Source of the DNA: Mantamonas sphyraenae STR306
Taxonomy: Eukaryota; Protista; CRuMs
NCBI GenBank assembly: GCA_026936335.1
Contig: JAPMXV010000009.1
Coordinates: 250,493-314,492, forward strand
Direction: 5' to 3'
DNA: 64,000 nt
Part shown: piece by piece, positions 1-11,900 of the stretch
Layout of the letters: every line of letters starts with the position of its first letter
Numbering within the stretch: the stretch's first letter is position 1
Program-made: the position numbers and the translations under genes
Notes under the pieces: generated by a model
What the model saw: the letters and a program-made list of their open reading frames with translations, nothing else
The model's database searches: none
Told to the model about the DNA's origin: nothing

Positions 1-2610
1 TTTCCGCTGCCACCTGCTCCTCCAGCCCGCTCTTCATCTCCTCATACTTGCTCTGCAACTCTGCCACCGTCCGTTTGTGCTCCTGCTTGTTCTTCACCAG
101 CGCACGTTTCGTGGCCAGCGACCCGCCTCCTGCTGTGCTGCGTGGACTCAGCAGCGACGAATTGGTATCGGACTCCGTCGACGATCGGCGTGAGGATGAT
201 CTCGACATGCTGCCCTCCGCGTCGTCGTTGCTGCCGCCACGCCTGAACTTGGCCTTGTCCCGGTCAAACGTGGCCCAGTGCGACCTGTTCAACCCAGCCA
301 TATCCCGTGCCACACGCGTGTCGACGCCGGCCTCCTCCAGCGCCGCATACATCTGCTCAGCCAGCATGGGCGATTCGTCGCTGCTGTGGTTGACAAACCC
401 CTGCAGCACCTGCAGCAGCTGGTCGCGTTCGCGCACGAGCTCGTTGTTGATGACTCCCAGCACCGCACACCGCTGCTCTGCGCGCTGATACTTCTTGGCC
501 AGCTCACCCGGCGTGTGAAGAATGTCGTCTTGCGACCCACGTCGCTTGGCCTTCGACGAGGTGGACAAGGACGAGGAGGATGACGAGCCGTCGACGCCTC
601 CTTCGTCCAGCTCAGGCAGCTCGCCTGCACTCGACACAAGGCTCATGACTGCAATGGCAGCCTGAAGCTCGTTCTTGAGCCCACGGGTGTGGGCCACCAT
701 GGTCAGTCGAGCCTCTGGGTTTGTAAACGCGTCACACAACAGCTGCGTCAGCTTGAACGTGCGCCAGTGGAACCCACTGCTGTCGCTCTTGCCCGTCAGA
801 TTCTCGATCATCAGTCCCAGGTTCATGATGGATCCCTTGAGGGCGTGTTCCGCCTTTCCCATGTTGCTTCCGTCCAGCTGGGCAATCGGAGCCACGAGCA
901 CCACCGTCAGCACGCTTGTGTGCACGTTCATCGTGCTCTTTGTGTCACTGGCCTTGTTTCCTGTCTTTTTCTGTTTCTGCTGCTGTTTCTGCTGCTGCTG
1001 CTGCTGCTGTTGCAACTCCTCCTCGGCCTCGATGCCCGAAAGCGCGCTCACGTCGACTCCCAAATTCTTTGCGCTCGGCAGCGTCTCGTAGCTCTGGCGC
1101 AGGTGGGAGGCTGTAAAGGAGCCTCTACGTTGCAGCGAGGCCCTCGGCGATGCAAGCTGCTCCACGTCCTTGGTTGCCCGACGCGTAGAGGCCGCTTTTG
1201 CCGTGCTGCGCGGCGTGCTGCTGCTCGACAGACCTGCAGAGTCGGCGCGTGCCTCACTGCTGGTCCACTGAATGGCAAAGCGGAAAAACAGGTGGGAGCG
1301 AGGCACGGTGTTGCGTGTGCGCGAGTTGAACATGCAGAGGTGCAACACGTCGTCAAACGCGTCGATGCTTTCGATGGGCTCTGCCATGAGGTCTTGCACG
1401 CGATCGTCATACAAGGCGCATTTCTGCTTGGACTGCAGGTCGTACACAGAGTTGTTGTAAATCTCAAAGGCGGAAAACAGAAGCGTTTGCGGCACTTCGC
1501 TGCCCGCAGGCAACTGGCCCTGTGCCTCTGCCTTGCGTATGGCTGCCATGCGCGTCAGCAGATGCGACACGGTGTGACGCAGTGCAGACTTGGACACACG
1601 TCGCCCTGCGCCGTCGTCGCCGCCGTCGTCGTGGCGTCCCTCTCCACCTCCCTCGCCTTCGCCCAAGTCGCCCATGTCTGGCGTGATGTCCAGCAGCACC
1701 GAGTGGCCCACTGTCCACTCCGTGCCTCCGCCGTCTCCCATCACCAGAAGCGTGCTGGGTTTCATGTCCATGCTCTGCTGCACCAGGTGTGGCACGACTG
1801 CGTCGAAGCTCGCCTGTGCAGACACATCCTTGTCCAGCACCATGTCAAATTGGAAGCGTTCACGTTGGCCTCGTCCCAGTGGCAGCGTAACTCGGCCCTT
1901 GCTGTCTGCACTCGCAAAGCACGTCCTGCCCTTGGACGGCGCGTTGACGCGGGCCACCACATTCACCTGTGTTGTGCGGCGCCATGCATCCACCCACCCC
2001 CGTGCATTGCATGTGTGTGTTTTTGCATCCGCCATGCGTGTGTGTACGTGCGTGTGTGTGTGTGTGTGTGTGTCAGACACTCCCTGTTGTGTGATAGTGG
2101 TCGCCAAAAACCGAGCTGAGCTTGACGACGACGCGAGGGCAATTCCTTGCGCGGCCTTGTCTCCCGCGTTTCTGCCGCATGCGTCGGCCGATGGAACAGG
2201 ACGCGCCTGCACGCCTTCTCAATTCATGTCTTCCTTTGCACTCCACTCACCCTCTTCCATTCGCGGCGAATGTTGGTCTTTCGAACGTGGTCGCGGTGAA
2301 GACGTTGGATTTTGGCGGCACTTTCCGCAGCCTCGTCGCGCCGTGTGCCGTTCCCTGGCGATGCATCGACGGCGTACTCCTGGGCCAGAGACAGATCGGT
2401 GTTGTGTGTGCGCTCTGCAGAGTAGCTGTCTTCCAGCGAGCTCTCGCTGGCCCGCACGCTGAGGTCGACTTCCTTTGTCGGCGTCGCGGGCTTGGCACTC
2501 GGGTGGGGCGGCCGCTCTCGTGCTTCGCTTTCCATGGACACCATCATCTTGACTGGAGTGTCGTCCATGCGACTGCCGCCGAATCTTGCGTCTGACTCCT
2601 TTTCCGACAT
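1..2610 (-). CDS. Kinesin-motor-fold protein with degenerate catalytic motifs (pseudo-kinesin), N-terminal IQ-like motif and C-terminal coiled coil; runs off the left window edge
   Basis: Manual translation. Exon 1 is 2610-2251 (MSEKES...AAKIQRLHRDHVRK...EWKR), the intron 2250-1967 is GTGAGT...ACAG, and exon 2 is 1966-<1. Kinesin-like segments occur in the expected order: VNVVARVN, FQFDMVLD, SAFEIYNNSVYDL, NTVPRSHLFF, SIMNLGLMIENL, FHWRTFKLTQLLCDAF. The ORF track misses exon 2 because it has no stop within the window. Confidence 0.75.
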
Positions 2611-2690
2611 GTGGTGAGCAGAGCAGAGCAGGGAAGCCAGGTTTGTTGCCAGCTGCGCACTGACACACACACATACACACAAGCGACCAC

Positions 2691-4532
2691 ATGAATTCTG
2701 CCATGGATCGCTTGAGTGACGAAGCGATGCACACCATCGCTTCCCAGCTGGACATGGTGTCGCTTGCTCGGCTGTCCCGTGTCAACCGGCGCTGGCGGGA
2801 CGTGTGTGCGGACAAGAGCTTGTGGTTGGCTTTGGCTCACAGACACTTTCAGGCTGCCATCCACGACTCCCTGCTCAACGTCAACGACAAACCGCGCCTG
2901 TTTGTTGCCCAGCAGTACAGGCTTGGAAGGGAACGCCTGCGCTTGGACAACGAGCTGGACGCCGTTCTTCTCTCCGCACAGGCTGGGAATGGCGTCGACG
3001 ACGACGACGCCCTGTTGCTCTCCCGGGGCATTCGCATCGACACAGGCCAGCCCATCACAGGCAACTACCTCCTCTCCCTGCGCAAGCAGTTGCAAGATGC
3101 AGAGGCTGGCCTGGACTCCTTGGATTCGCAAATTGACTCTGTGCTGCAGTCGCCTGGCACACAGGGGCGACGCACAGGCCAGCGCGGCTTCCTTGCAGGC
3201 GCAGGCGCAGCCAACGGCGATGAAGACGACGATGATGACACAGACTTGGAAATACTTGCAGGCGCACCGTTGCAGGGACGTGGAGGGACGGCAGCCGCGG
3301 GGGCTTCGGCGTACTCCCCCATGTTGGAAGCACGCAGGAAACTGGCGGCTGCATTGGATGCCCAAAGAGCCATGGCTGCGCGCATGCCTGCGTCGCAGGA
3401 GGAGCTGGCCATGTGGGAACGCGTGCTGCAGATGTTCTTCTTCAACCGCGGCTGCGACTGCGCCGCCTTGTTCCTCGTAGCCGGTGCCACGCTGCACCTG
3501 GCATACCGGCTGGACAGTGACACCTACCACGCTTCCTGGTTTTCCGTCTTGGCCCCGTTCTGCTTCATCTTTCTCTACATTTTCTCTGCGCTGACCATGA
3601 TCAACGCCCTCAACTACTTTCTCAACCTGCCCGACCACGATGTGCTCAACCCCAACTCCAGCGACCTGTGCATCGACCACGAGCACGAGCTGCACGCCGA
3701 CCCGGAGGCCCCACACACTCACGCCTGCACCTCCGTCCTGTACAACGCCCTCTTCTTTACCCGCCAGCTTCAAGCCTACTGTTGGATCCTGGTCATGCTT
3801 CTGGCCCTGGCCATGGTCTTGGCTCTGGCAGGTGCCACCAGCTACCAGGAGAACCTGGCCCAGGCGCGTGCCTCGTTCACACAGTCCGAGAGCGATGCAC
3901 AACCTCCCTACCTGGTCCTCCACGCCCTCTTTGCCACCCTATACACCATGCTGGCTGTGCTCCTGCACCTCGTCTACCATTTCCCCGTGTGGAGGTTTGT
4001 CGAGCGTCAGCTGAGCAATAGCGACATGCACGTGCGCTGGGAATCGCGTGCCAGCCGCTCCACCTTCAAGAGCATCTTTGTCGTCGTCACCCTTCTCCTT
4101 GGCGTCCAGGTCCTTCTCGTGCACCTCAAGCTTACCCTAGTGCGTACCATGGGCTGGGGCGAGGTCTTCATCCCGTTCTGGCTAGTCTTTGTGCTGTTGC
4201 TGTGTGCTCTCGTCCTCGTCGCCACCACCTTTGTCCGCAGTGGGCCGGGCTCCTACGAAATGCTGGCCCTCAAGCGGCTTCTGGCCATCTGGGTGACCAC
4301 CCTCCTCTTCTTCCTGGCCTTTATCGCCTTTCTCACCAACGCTCTTGACGAGCAGCAGATCCTGGCCGGCTTCTTTGCTGCCAAGCAGTGGTCTCTGGTC
4401 TTTGCGCCTGTGTTTGGCTTCCAGCTGCTCATGTTTGCCTGCTGCTGCATGCCAGGCGTCTCTCTCGACTGCATTCGGCTTTGCTCGGGCGAACGTGCAG
4501 ACACGCGAAACAGCGCCGTGTTTTCCATGTGA
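2691..4532 (+). CDS. F-box protein with C-terminal multi-pass membrane region (TMEM185/FAM11-like W..VF.P repeats)
   Basis: 613-aa ORF. N-terminal F-box-like LSDEAMHTIASQLDMVSLARLSRVNRRWRDVCADKSLW. Several hydrophobic helices with SWFSVLAPF, GWGEVFIPFW and QWSLVFAPVF. Confidence 0.75.
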   Translation: MNSAMDRLSDEAMHTIASQLDMVSLARLSRVNRRWRDVCADKSLWLALAHRHFQAAIHDSLLNVNDKPRLFVAQQYRLGRERLRLDNELDAVLLSAQAGNGVDDDDALLLSRGIRIDTGQPITGNYLLSLRKQLQDAEAGLDSLDSQIDSVLQSPGTQGRRTGQRGFLAGAGAANGDEDDDDDTDLEILAGAPLQGRGGTAAAGASAYSPMLEARRKLAAALDAQRAMAARMPASQEELAMWERVLQMFFFNRGCDCAALFLVAGATLHLAYRLDSDTYHASWFSVLAPFCFIFLYIFSALTMINALNYFLNLPDHDVLNPNSSDLCIDHEHELHADPEAPHTHACTSVLYNALFFTRQLQAYCWILVMLLALAMVLALAGATSYQENLAQARASFTQSESDAQPPYLVLHALFATLYTMLAVLLHLVYHFPVWRFVERQLSNSDMHVRWESRASRSTFKSIFVVVTLLLGVQVLLVHLKLTLVRTMGWGEVFIPFWLVFVLLLCALVLVATTFVRSGPGSYEMLALKRLLAIWVTTLLFFLAFIAFLTNALDEQQILAGFFAAKQWSLVFAPVFGFQLLMFACCCMPGVSLDCIRLCSGERADTRNSAVFSM

Positions 4533-4666
4533 CTCCAACTGAATGACACATGGATGTGGAATTGGTTTCTGGCGCTTCATGCATCCGTGCCCTCCTTGCG
4601 TCGACGCGATGGGAGTGGAGCCAACACAACAATGGCAGCTCCTGCGCAGGCGAGTCAACCGAAACC

Positions 4667-7600
4667 ATGAGTGGCCTGTGCGGAGGACGTCAGCCTGGAG
4701 AAGGCACTCGCACCGTGTATGGCAACCAGCCAGACCGCAATATTCAGTATTGCGACAACAAGTACGTTCGGGTGTTGCGTGTGGCGTGTAGGAGCGTTTT
4801 GTAAAACTCTCTTCATCCCGTCGGAGTCCTTGCGGTTCGCTCGCCCCCCTTGCTCACACGCACTCGTCTCGCACGATGCTCGCGCTCCTACAGAATCAGC
4901 AACACAAAGTACACATTGATCACGTTTCTTCCGTACAACTTGGCCTCTCAGTTCAGGTGTGTTTCCGTTTCCTCTCCGCCTCTGCTTTTGGCAGGCCTCG
5001 CCTCCCACTTTTTCTGCCCTCTCCAAGTCTTCACGTGCCCCACACGTGTCGCCTGCGTCTTCCCACGCCTGGCATGCACCTTGTACCTGCGTGAATACTC
5101 GCAGTCCACGTTTTCCACCTGCGTACTAACTCGGCCGTGGCCCTGCACCTCTCCTGCGTGGCCTGTGCTTCTCTGCAGCCGCTTTATGAACCTGTACTTT
5201 TTGATGATTGCCTGCCTGCAGCTGTGGGCCCTCATCACTCCCGTTGCCCCCATCACCACGTGGGGTCCGCTGGCCTTTATCTTTCTCCTCTCGGCCGTCA
5301 AGGAGGCCTTTGACGACTACTACCGTTGGCAGTCGGACAAGCGTGCCAACCTGACCCAGTTCCAGGTCGTCCAGAACGGCAAACTTGCCTACAAGGCGGC
5401 CCAGGACATCCGCGTCGGCGACATCCTCTACCTCAAGGACAACTCGGAGATCCCCTGTGATCTTGTTGTTCTCAAGTCCTCTGAGGAGGGCGGTGGAGCG
5501 TACACCCAGACAGGTGAGTTGGCGAATCCGCGCCTCCAATCCTCCCCCCGCTTCACAAACCGCCTTCCCTCACCTGCACCAATGGCCCTTTCTGCTCGCC
5601 CCTTCTTCCCACCCACCCATATGCCCTCTGCCACGCATCCATGCATCTCCCATCTCGGCACCATTGCCCATGCGTCCTCCAGCGGCCACCTTATCCCTTG
5701 GGCACCCGGCCTTATCCAAACTCCCCCTTGCGTTTTCGCGCGCCGTTTGTCTAACCCCGGAAAAAAAAACCCCAAACGTTCACCATCGCTTCGCACAGCC
5801 AACCTGGACGGTGAGACCGACCTCAAGTCGCGCCAGTGTCTCAAGTGCACGCAGGAGCTCACCGAAGACGAGATCATGAACCTGAAGGTGCGTTGTGGCA
5901 TGTGCCACGAACCCTTTTTCTTTTTCTGCATTGCCTCCATTTCCTGGATCCCGAAAAACGCACCCGCCGTGCGTGCATCGACAACCCTCTTCCCCCCTCC
6001 GCTTCTCACCGCACTCGCACGTACTCACATGTTTCCCTAACCCTTCCTTGTACACCACAGTGCACCGTCGAGTGCGCCACCCCCAACGCAGAGATCTACG
6101 TGTTCAACTCGCGCCTCCGCGTGGGCGCTCAGGGCGACAAGTGGGAGTCCCTCAGCGAGAAGCAGACCCTGCTGCAGGCCACCCATCTGCGTAACACAGG
6201 CTGGATCTACGGCGTCACCGTCTACACAGGTAACGAGACAAAGGTGGGTATGAACAAGCGCCAGCCGCCCACAAAGTGGACGCGCACAGACGACTTTATC
6301 AACTACATCACCATCTTCATCTTCACCGTGCAGACCTGCATCACCATCCTTATGGGCGTTGCAGGCAACCTGTGGAAGGAGCAGAACGGCTACCCGGCCG
6401 ACTACCTCCGCTACCCCACCGTGGAACCCTTCCTCAACATCGCCATCATCCCGCTGCGCTTCCTCCTCCTCATGTCCCTCATGATCCCCATTTCGCTCAA
6501 GGTCACCCTCGACATTACAAAGTACATCTACGCCCTCTTCATCAACTGGGACCTCCAGATGTACGATGAAGAGACAGACACCCCGGCCGTCGCCTCAAAC
6601 ACTGCCATTGCCGAAGATCTCGGCCAGATCGAGTATGTGTTCAGCGACAAGACAGGCACCCTCACCGAGAACATCATGCGCTTCCGCAAGTGCTCCATCA
6701 ACGATCGCCTCTACGGCCACGGCCACGGCGTCGTGGATGCTCTCAGCGACGCCGATCTGCGCGAGGACGTGCGCGAAAACCCCGCGGTGCTCGACTTTTT
6801 CCGAGCCCTTGCCCTCTGCCACACCGTCATCCCGGTCTCCGACAATGACGACGATGACGACGAGGAGGACGAGGAGGACAGCGAGGACGACGAGCCGGGC
6901 AAGGCCAAGTCCTCCTTTGCCTCGCACAACATCAGCTACAAGGCTTCCTCTCCCGACGAGGAGGCTCTTGTCCTGGCCGCCGCAGAGATGAACGTCGTCT
7001 TTGCCGAGCGCGACCGCACCTTTATGATGTGCAAGGTCTTTGAGAACCAGGAGCACTACGAGCTGCTCGAGACCCTCGAGTTCACCTCCGACCGCAAGCG
7101 CATGTCTGTCCTCGTGCGCAACCAGGACACCCAGGAGATCTTCATCTACATCAAGGGCGCCGACGACAAGATCCTCAAGCGCCTCGCAGAGGACCAGGAG
7201 CCCAGCGCCACCCAGGAGCACCTCGAGATGCTCGCCGGCATGGGTCTGCGTACCCTCCTCGTCGGCGTACGACGCGTCGACGACGATGAGTACGAAAAGT
7301 GGAAGGTCGACATGCAGAATGCAAAGACCGCCATGAAGGACCGCGAAGACAAGGTGGCCGCCGCCTACGAGATCATGGAGCGTGACTTTACCCTCCTCGG
7401 CGCAACCGCCATCGAGGATCGCCTTCAGGAGAGCGTGCCCGAGGTCATCCATCTCCTGCGCCAGGCCGGCGTCACCTTCTGGATGCTCACCGGCGACAAG
7501 TTCTCCACCGCCGTCCAGATCGCAACCGCATGCAACCTTATGTCCCCCGAAGGTGGCAAGGGTGGCTCCGACGGCAAGCTCCTGCCTGTCAAGGGCAAGA

Positions 7601-8814
7601 GCATCGAAGAGGTTGGCCAGAGCATCAACAAGCAAAAGAAGCTCGCCCTGTCCATCCACAACGAGAAGAACGTCACCGTCATCATCCAGGGCGACACCCT
7701 GCGCTCTGCTCTCGCCGACCACTCTGCAGACTTTCTCGAGCTCTGCCTCCTCTCCAAGGCGGTCATCTGCTGCCGCGTCACGCCCCAGCAAAAGGCCGAC
7801 GTCGTCGCCATGGTCAAGGAGACCGGCCGACGCTGCCTGTCCATCGGCGACGGAGGCAACGATGTGTCGATGATCCAGGAAGCACACGTCGGTGTGGGTA
7901 TCAGTGGACGCGAGGGTCTCCAGGCCGCACGCGCCGCAGACTACTCCATCGCCAAGTTCAAGTATCTGCAGCGCCTCATGCTCATCCACGGCCGCTATGC
8001 GTACCTGCGCACCTCCTTCATTGCCCAGTACTCGTTCTACAAGAGCGCCTTTGTCGGCCTCATCCAGGTCACCTACGGTCTCTATTCGGGTCTCAGCGGC
8101 GCCTCCTTCTTCAACTCCTTCATGGTCATGGCCTACAACACCTTCTTCACCGGCCTTCCCGTCTTCTTTTACGCTCTCGACAAGGATGTGGAGGAGAGCA
8201 GCATGGAAGCATACCCTCACCTCTACCTGGATGGTGTCAAGGAGCGCTATCTTAACGTCAACACCATTGCCTGGTGGCTCGTACGCGCCGTCTTCCAGGC
8301 CATGACTGTCTTCTTCATCATGATGGGCACCTACAACCAGACCTGGCTCCATCCCAACGACGGCCGTGAAATGGACTATCTCAGCATTTCCACTCCGGCC
8401 TACACCGCCGTCATCATCGTGCAGACCATCACCATGGCCTACGAGAGCCACAACCTCACCTTCTACAACCACTTTTTCATCTGGGGCTCTCTCATCCTCT
8501 ACTACCTCCTCATGACCGTGTACAACCTCCTGCCGGGCTTCGACTACGTCGACGTGTTCAACCGCTTCACCGTGGAGCCCAGCTTCTGGCTGTCCACCAT
8601 CCTTGCCGGCGTCGCTGCGACCGTGCCTGTCATTTGCCAAAAGTACTTCCAGTACAACTACAACCCGACCCTGTCCCAGACCGTCAGCCAGCTGGAGCAC
8701 CAGTTCCGTGTCACCCACGGCAAGAACGTGCCCGTCGAGCTGCCCCACTTCTCCACCTACCTCTCCAAGCCCAAGTCCAAGAATGCTCGCAATCGCCTGA
8801 GCATGCGCTTGTGA
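4667..8814 (+). CDS. P4-type ATPase (phospholipid flippase), ALA2-like; 5 exons
   Basis: Exons 4667-4761, 4894-4956, 5179-5513, 5799-5887 and 6061-8814, all GT-AG and in frame. Motifs: ANLDGETDLK, PISLKV, FSDKTGTLTEN, ASSPDE, MLTGDK, IGDGGNDVSMIQEAHVGVGISGREG. Confidence 0.95.
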
Positions 8815-8909
8815 TTGACTTTGACAATGGAATGAACATCGTTGTGGAAAACCAACTGCATTGCTGCCTCTCCTTTCCTTCATCTCTCTCGGGTCTCTTC
8901 TCTTCTGTC

Positions 8910-11900
8910 TCACACCTTGCTCGTGAGCAGCGCAACTCCCCGCATGCACCAGTAGGCGGCCTCAAAGTCGCCTGTGCGCAGGCCAATGTCAAAGATGTAG
9001 TAGCGGTCCGTGCGTGCAGGGTTGCTGTACACCGGTGCGTAGTACACATGGTCGCCAGTGCTGCGCGAGCTCTGTTTGGACACAGCCTTGACCTCCATCA
9101 CAGGCATCTCCGGGTTCAGCACCTTGGGGTCCTGGTCCACCAGGAACTGCTTCTTCTCGTCCCATGCAGCCCCGTCCAGGTACATACCAGCCACAAATAC
9201 GCTGTCCTCGCTCGGCTTGCGATGGAACTCGTCGCGCATCTTGTTCAACACCTCTGTGTGCATCTCCACAGCGTCCAGCGCCAGTCCCGGTCGCAGGTGT
9301 GTGATCTCCTGCTGCACTGCCGTCAAGAAACCCTGTGGGTTGAAGAAGTAGCCCAGCGTAAACACCAGCGGACGTCCACTCGAAAGCCAACCCATCAGCT
9401 GGTCCGATCGGTTCACCACGTCGCCCATCCAGTAGCCAATGCTCGTCGACGGCCAGCTGATCTCCTCCCACTCCACAGGCACCTTTGTGTTGTAGATCGA
9501 ATCCATAATTGCCATCAGCTCGTCGCTCAGCACCTCTGTGCCGGCAATCGCTGCCAACAGGCTGTTCATGTCCTTGCGCACCCTGCGCAGCAGCCTCGTC
9601 ATGCGTGTAACCTCTTGGTTCAGGAACACATTCAGAGGTTGCATCATGCCGCCCAGTTTCTTTGTCTGTTGGCGCACGTACAACTCGTTGAAATCCACGC
9701 GCGACAGCTTGTCCAGGTACTCCTGCGCCATCTTGGCCACCGCATCCTCGCGTGTCACCTCGCCCAGCATCGCACTGTCCTTGGGCATCACACTCTGGAT
9801 GGTGCTCAGGATGTGCTCCGCCTCGCGGCGTCGATACACAATGTCTGCGTTCGGGTGCAGGCCAAACACCTCTGGCGAGTCGGTGCCCGGCAGCTGGTGA
9901 ATGTGGTTGATGTAGTCCTTGATGTTGCGGCTCTCGGGCACCGAGTAGCCCAGCACGTTGCCAAACAAAAAGTTGTGACGGAAGATGTCGTCGCACAGCC
10001 ACTGCTCGCCCACCATGCGCAGCAGCACCTCGTCCTTCTCGTCCGTCACACGGCCTCCGTACATCACCTCCGTCACCATAAACTTGATGGTGCTCCACGG
10101 CAGCGAACGCTTCATGTCCGCTTCCGTCAGCAGGTTCTGCACAAACGCCTTGGACGACGTGAAATCGCTCGAGTTGAACTCGTACGGGATGGCCCAGCCG
10201 ATCGGGCCAAACTTGCGTCGCTCTTGCACCGTCGAGTGCAGGAAGCACAGCGTGTACAGGATCTGCGGCCAGCGCGTCGCGTTGCCCACCTGTTCCACAG
10301 CCTCCAGCATGTCCTGCGTCAGCTCGTTGTACGTGCGCAGCAGGCCTGCACGCAGACCTTCGGGCGGTTCGTCCGTCATCTTGATGGCCATTTGCAGCAC
10401 GTTGATGCCGAATGTCTCCGGCACCTTGTCCGGGTGCTCCGGATCCACGGTCGGCACCACAGGCTCCGTCGTCATAAACAGGCGGAAGCTCTTGTTCACA
10501 TGCTCTGTGTCCCTCACCAGCGCCTCCACTTCCTTGTTGACAAAGTCCAGGCCCAAGTGGCAGTTCTGCAACAGCACCCAGCCGCCGTTCTGCTGCGCCA
10601 GCTTGATCTGGTTGCGTGCCTTTTCATCCTGGCGCGAGCCCATCGACGTGTACAGCACCGCGGGCATCTTCATCTTGCGTGCCAGCGCGTGGATCTTGTC
10701 CGACGGGTCTGCGCCTGCACTCAGCAGCGCAATCACAGGCGTACGCTCGTCTGCATCGCCCAGGATCTCCTCCAACGAACCGCCGCTGTCGCTCAGGAAC
10801 TCCTCGCCCAGCGACGAGGCAATGTAGTCCACCGCTGCCAGCATGGTTCGGTCGGGCGAGAAGCAACGCACAAGCAGCAGCCTGTGGAAAGCATCCAGCT
10901 TGTCTTCGTATCCGTCCGGGATGTCTTCGCGCTCGGGGGCATCGTATTCGAACCACCTGTGCCAGGGACCCTCGTGTTGGATCACGTGCTGCAGGATCTG
11001 CTGGAACTGCGGAAGTTCGCTCAGCTTCACCAGGTGCAGCCATGTCTGTTCGGGCAGCCACGCATACGGCTTCTTCTTCACGCTGCCAATGTCCAGCGCC
11101 GCGCCGCCCTTGATCAGCACGTCGTACTCCTCCTTTGTCACGCGCGGCTCGTCCGCGTACATGTCGATCTTCAGGGCAAGCTGCAGCGTAAACAGCTGCT
11201 TGTCGATCTTGTACAGACCACGCGCGATGAAGCGGTACACGTACAGTGTCAGCTCGGCGATGATGAACTTGACACGCTTCTCCGTAAACGGGTTGCGCTC
11301 CGCTCGATCGATCGACTTGTTGAACAGCACCAGGAACTGCTCCAGCGACGTCTGGTACATCGGGTTCACCATGCTCATCTCGGCAATCAGGAAGTACATG
11401 ATCGAGCCACGCGTGGCCACGGGCCGGTACTCCTCACGCAGCTCGTCAATGTCTCGCTGCATCTTTTCCGCGTTCGCCAGCTCGTCCTCGATGTTCTCCG
11501 CCTGATGCTTCAGGCCCTGCAGCATCTCAATCAACTTTGGATCCTTCAGCAGGTCGTCGCTCTCGCTCAGCGTGTCCAGCAGCGTCTTTTCCAGTCCTGC
11601 AAGCGAGCGCTTGTTGTCGTTCACGCTCTTCTTCAGCTCCTTGCGCTGCTTCTCCAGGTCTGCCTTTTCTCGGTTGATCACCAAGCTCAGCAGCTGGTCC
11701 TCCAGACCCTTCATCACCACCGCAAAGTCGATCACACTCGTCTTGGCGCTCACTTCGGGCGAGTACGTCGGGTTGGCCAGGTTCGACGTCAGGTACAGAC
11801 GGAACCCAGGCAGCACTTCAACGTCCTGGTCTCCAAACAGCACCTTCTTCTTCTTGCGGCCGTACTCGATAAAGTTGCGCTCCAGCACATTGTCCAGAAT

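Noticed and set aside
2053-2072. (TG)n tracts here and at about 24350, 36540, 52790 and 54045
   Set aside because: Ordinary short microsatellites in introns and spacers.
689-2119. 476-aa plus-strand ORF
   Set aside because: Antisense to the kinesin-like exon, which carries the real motifs.
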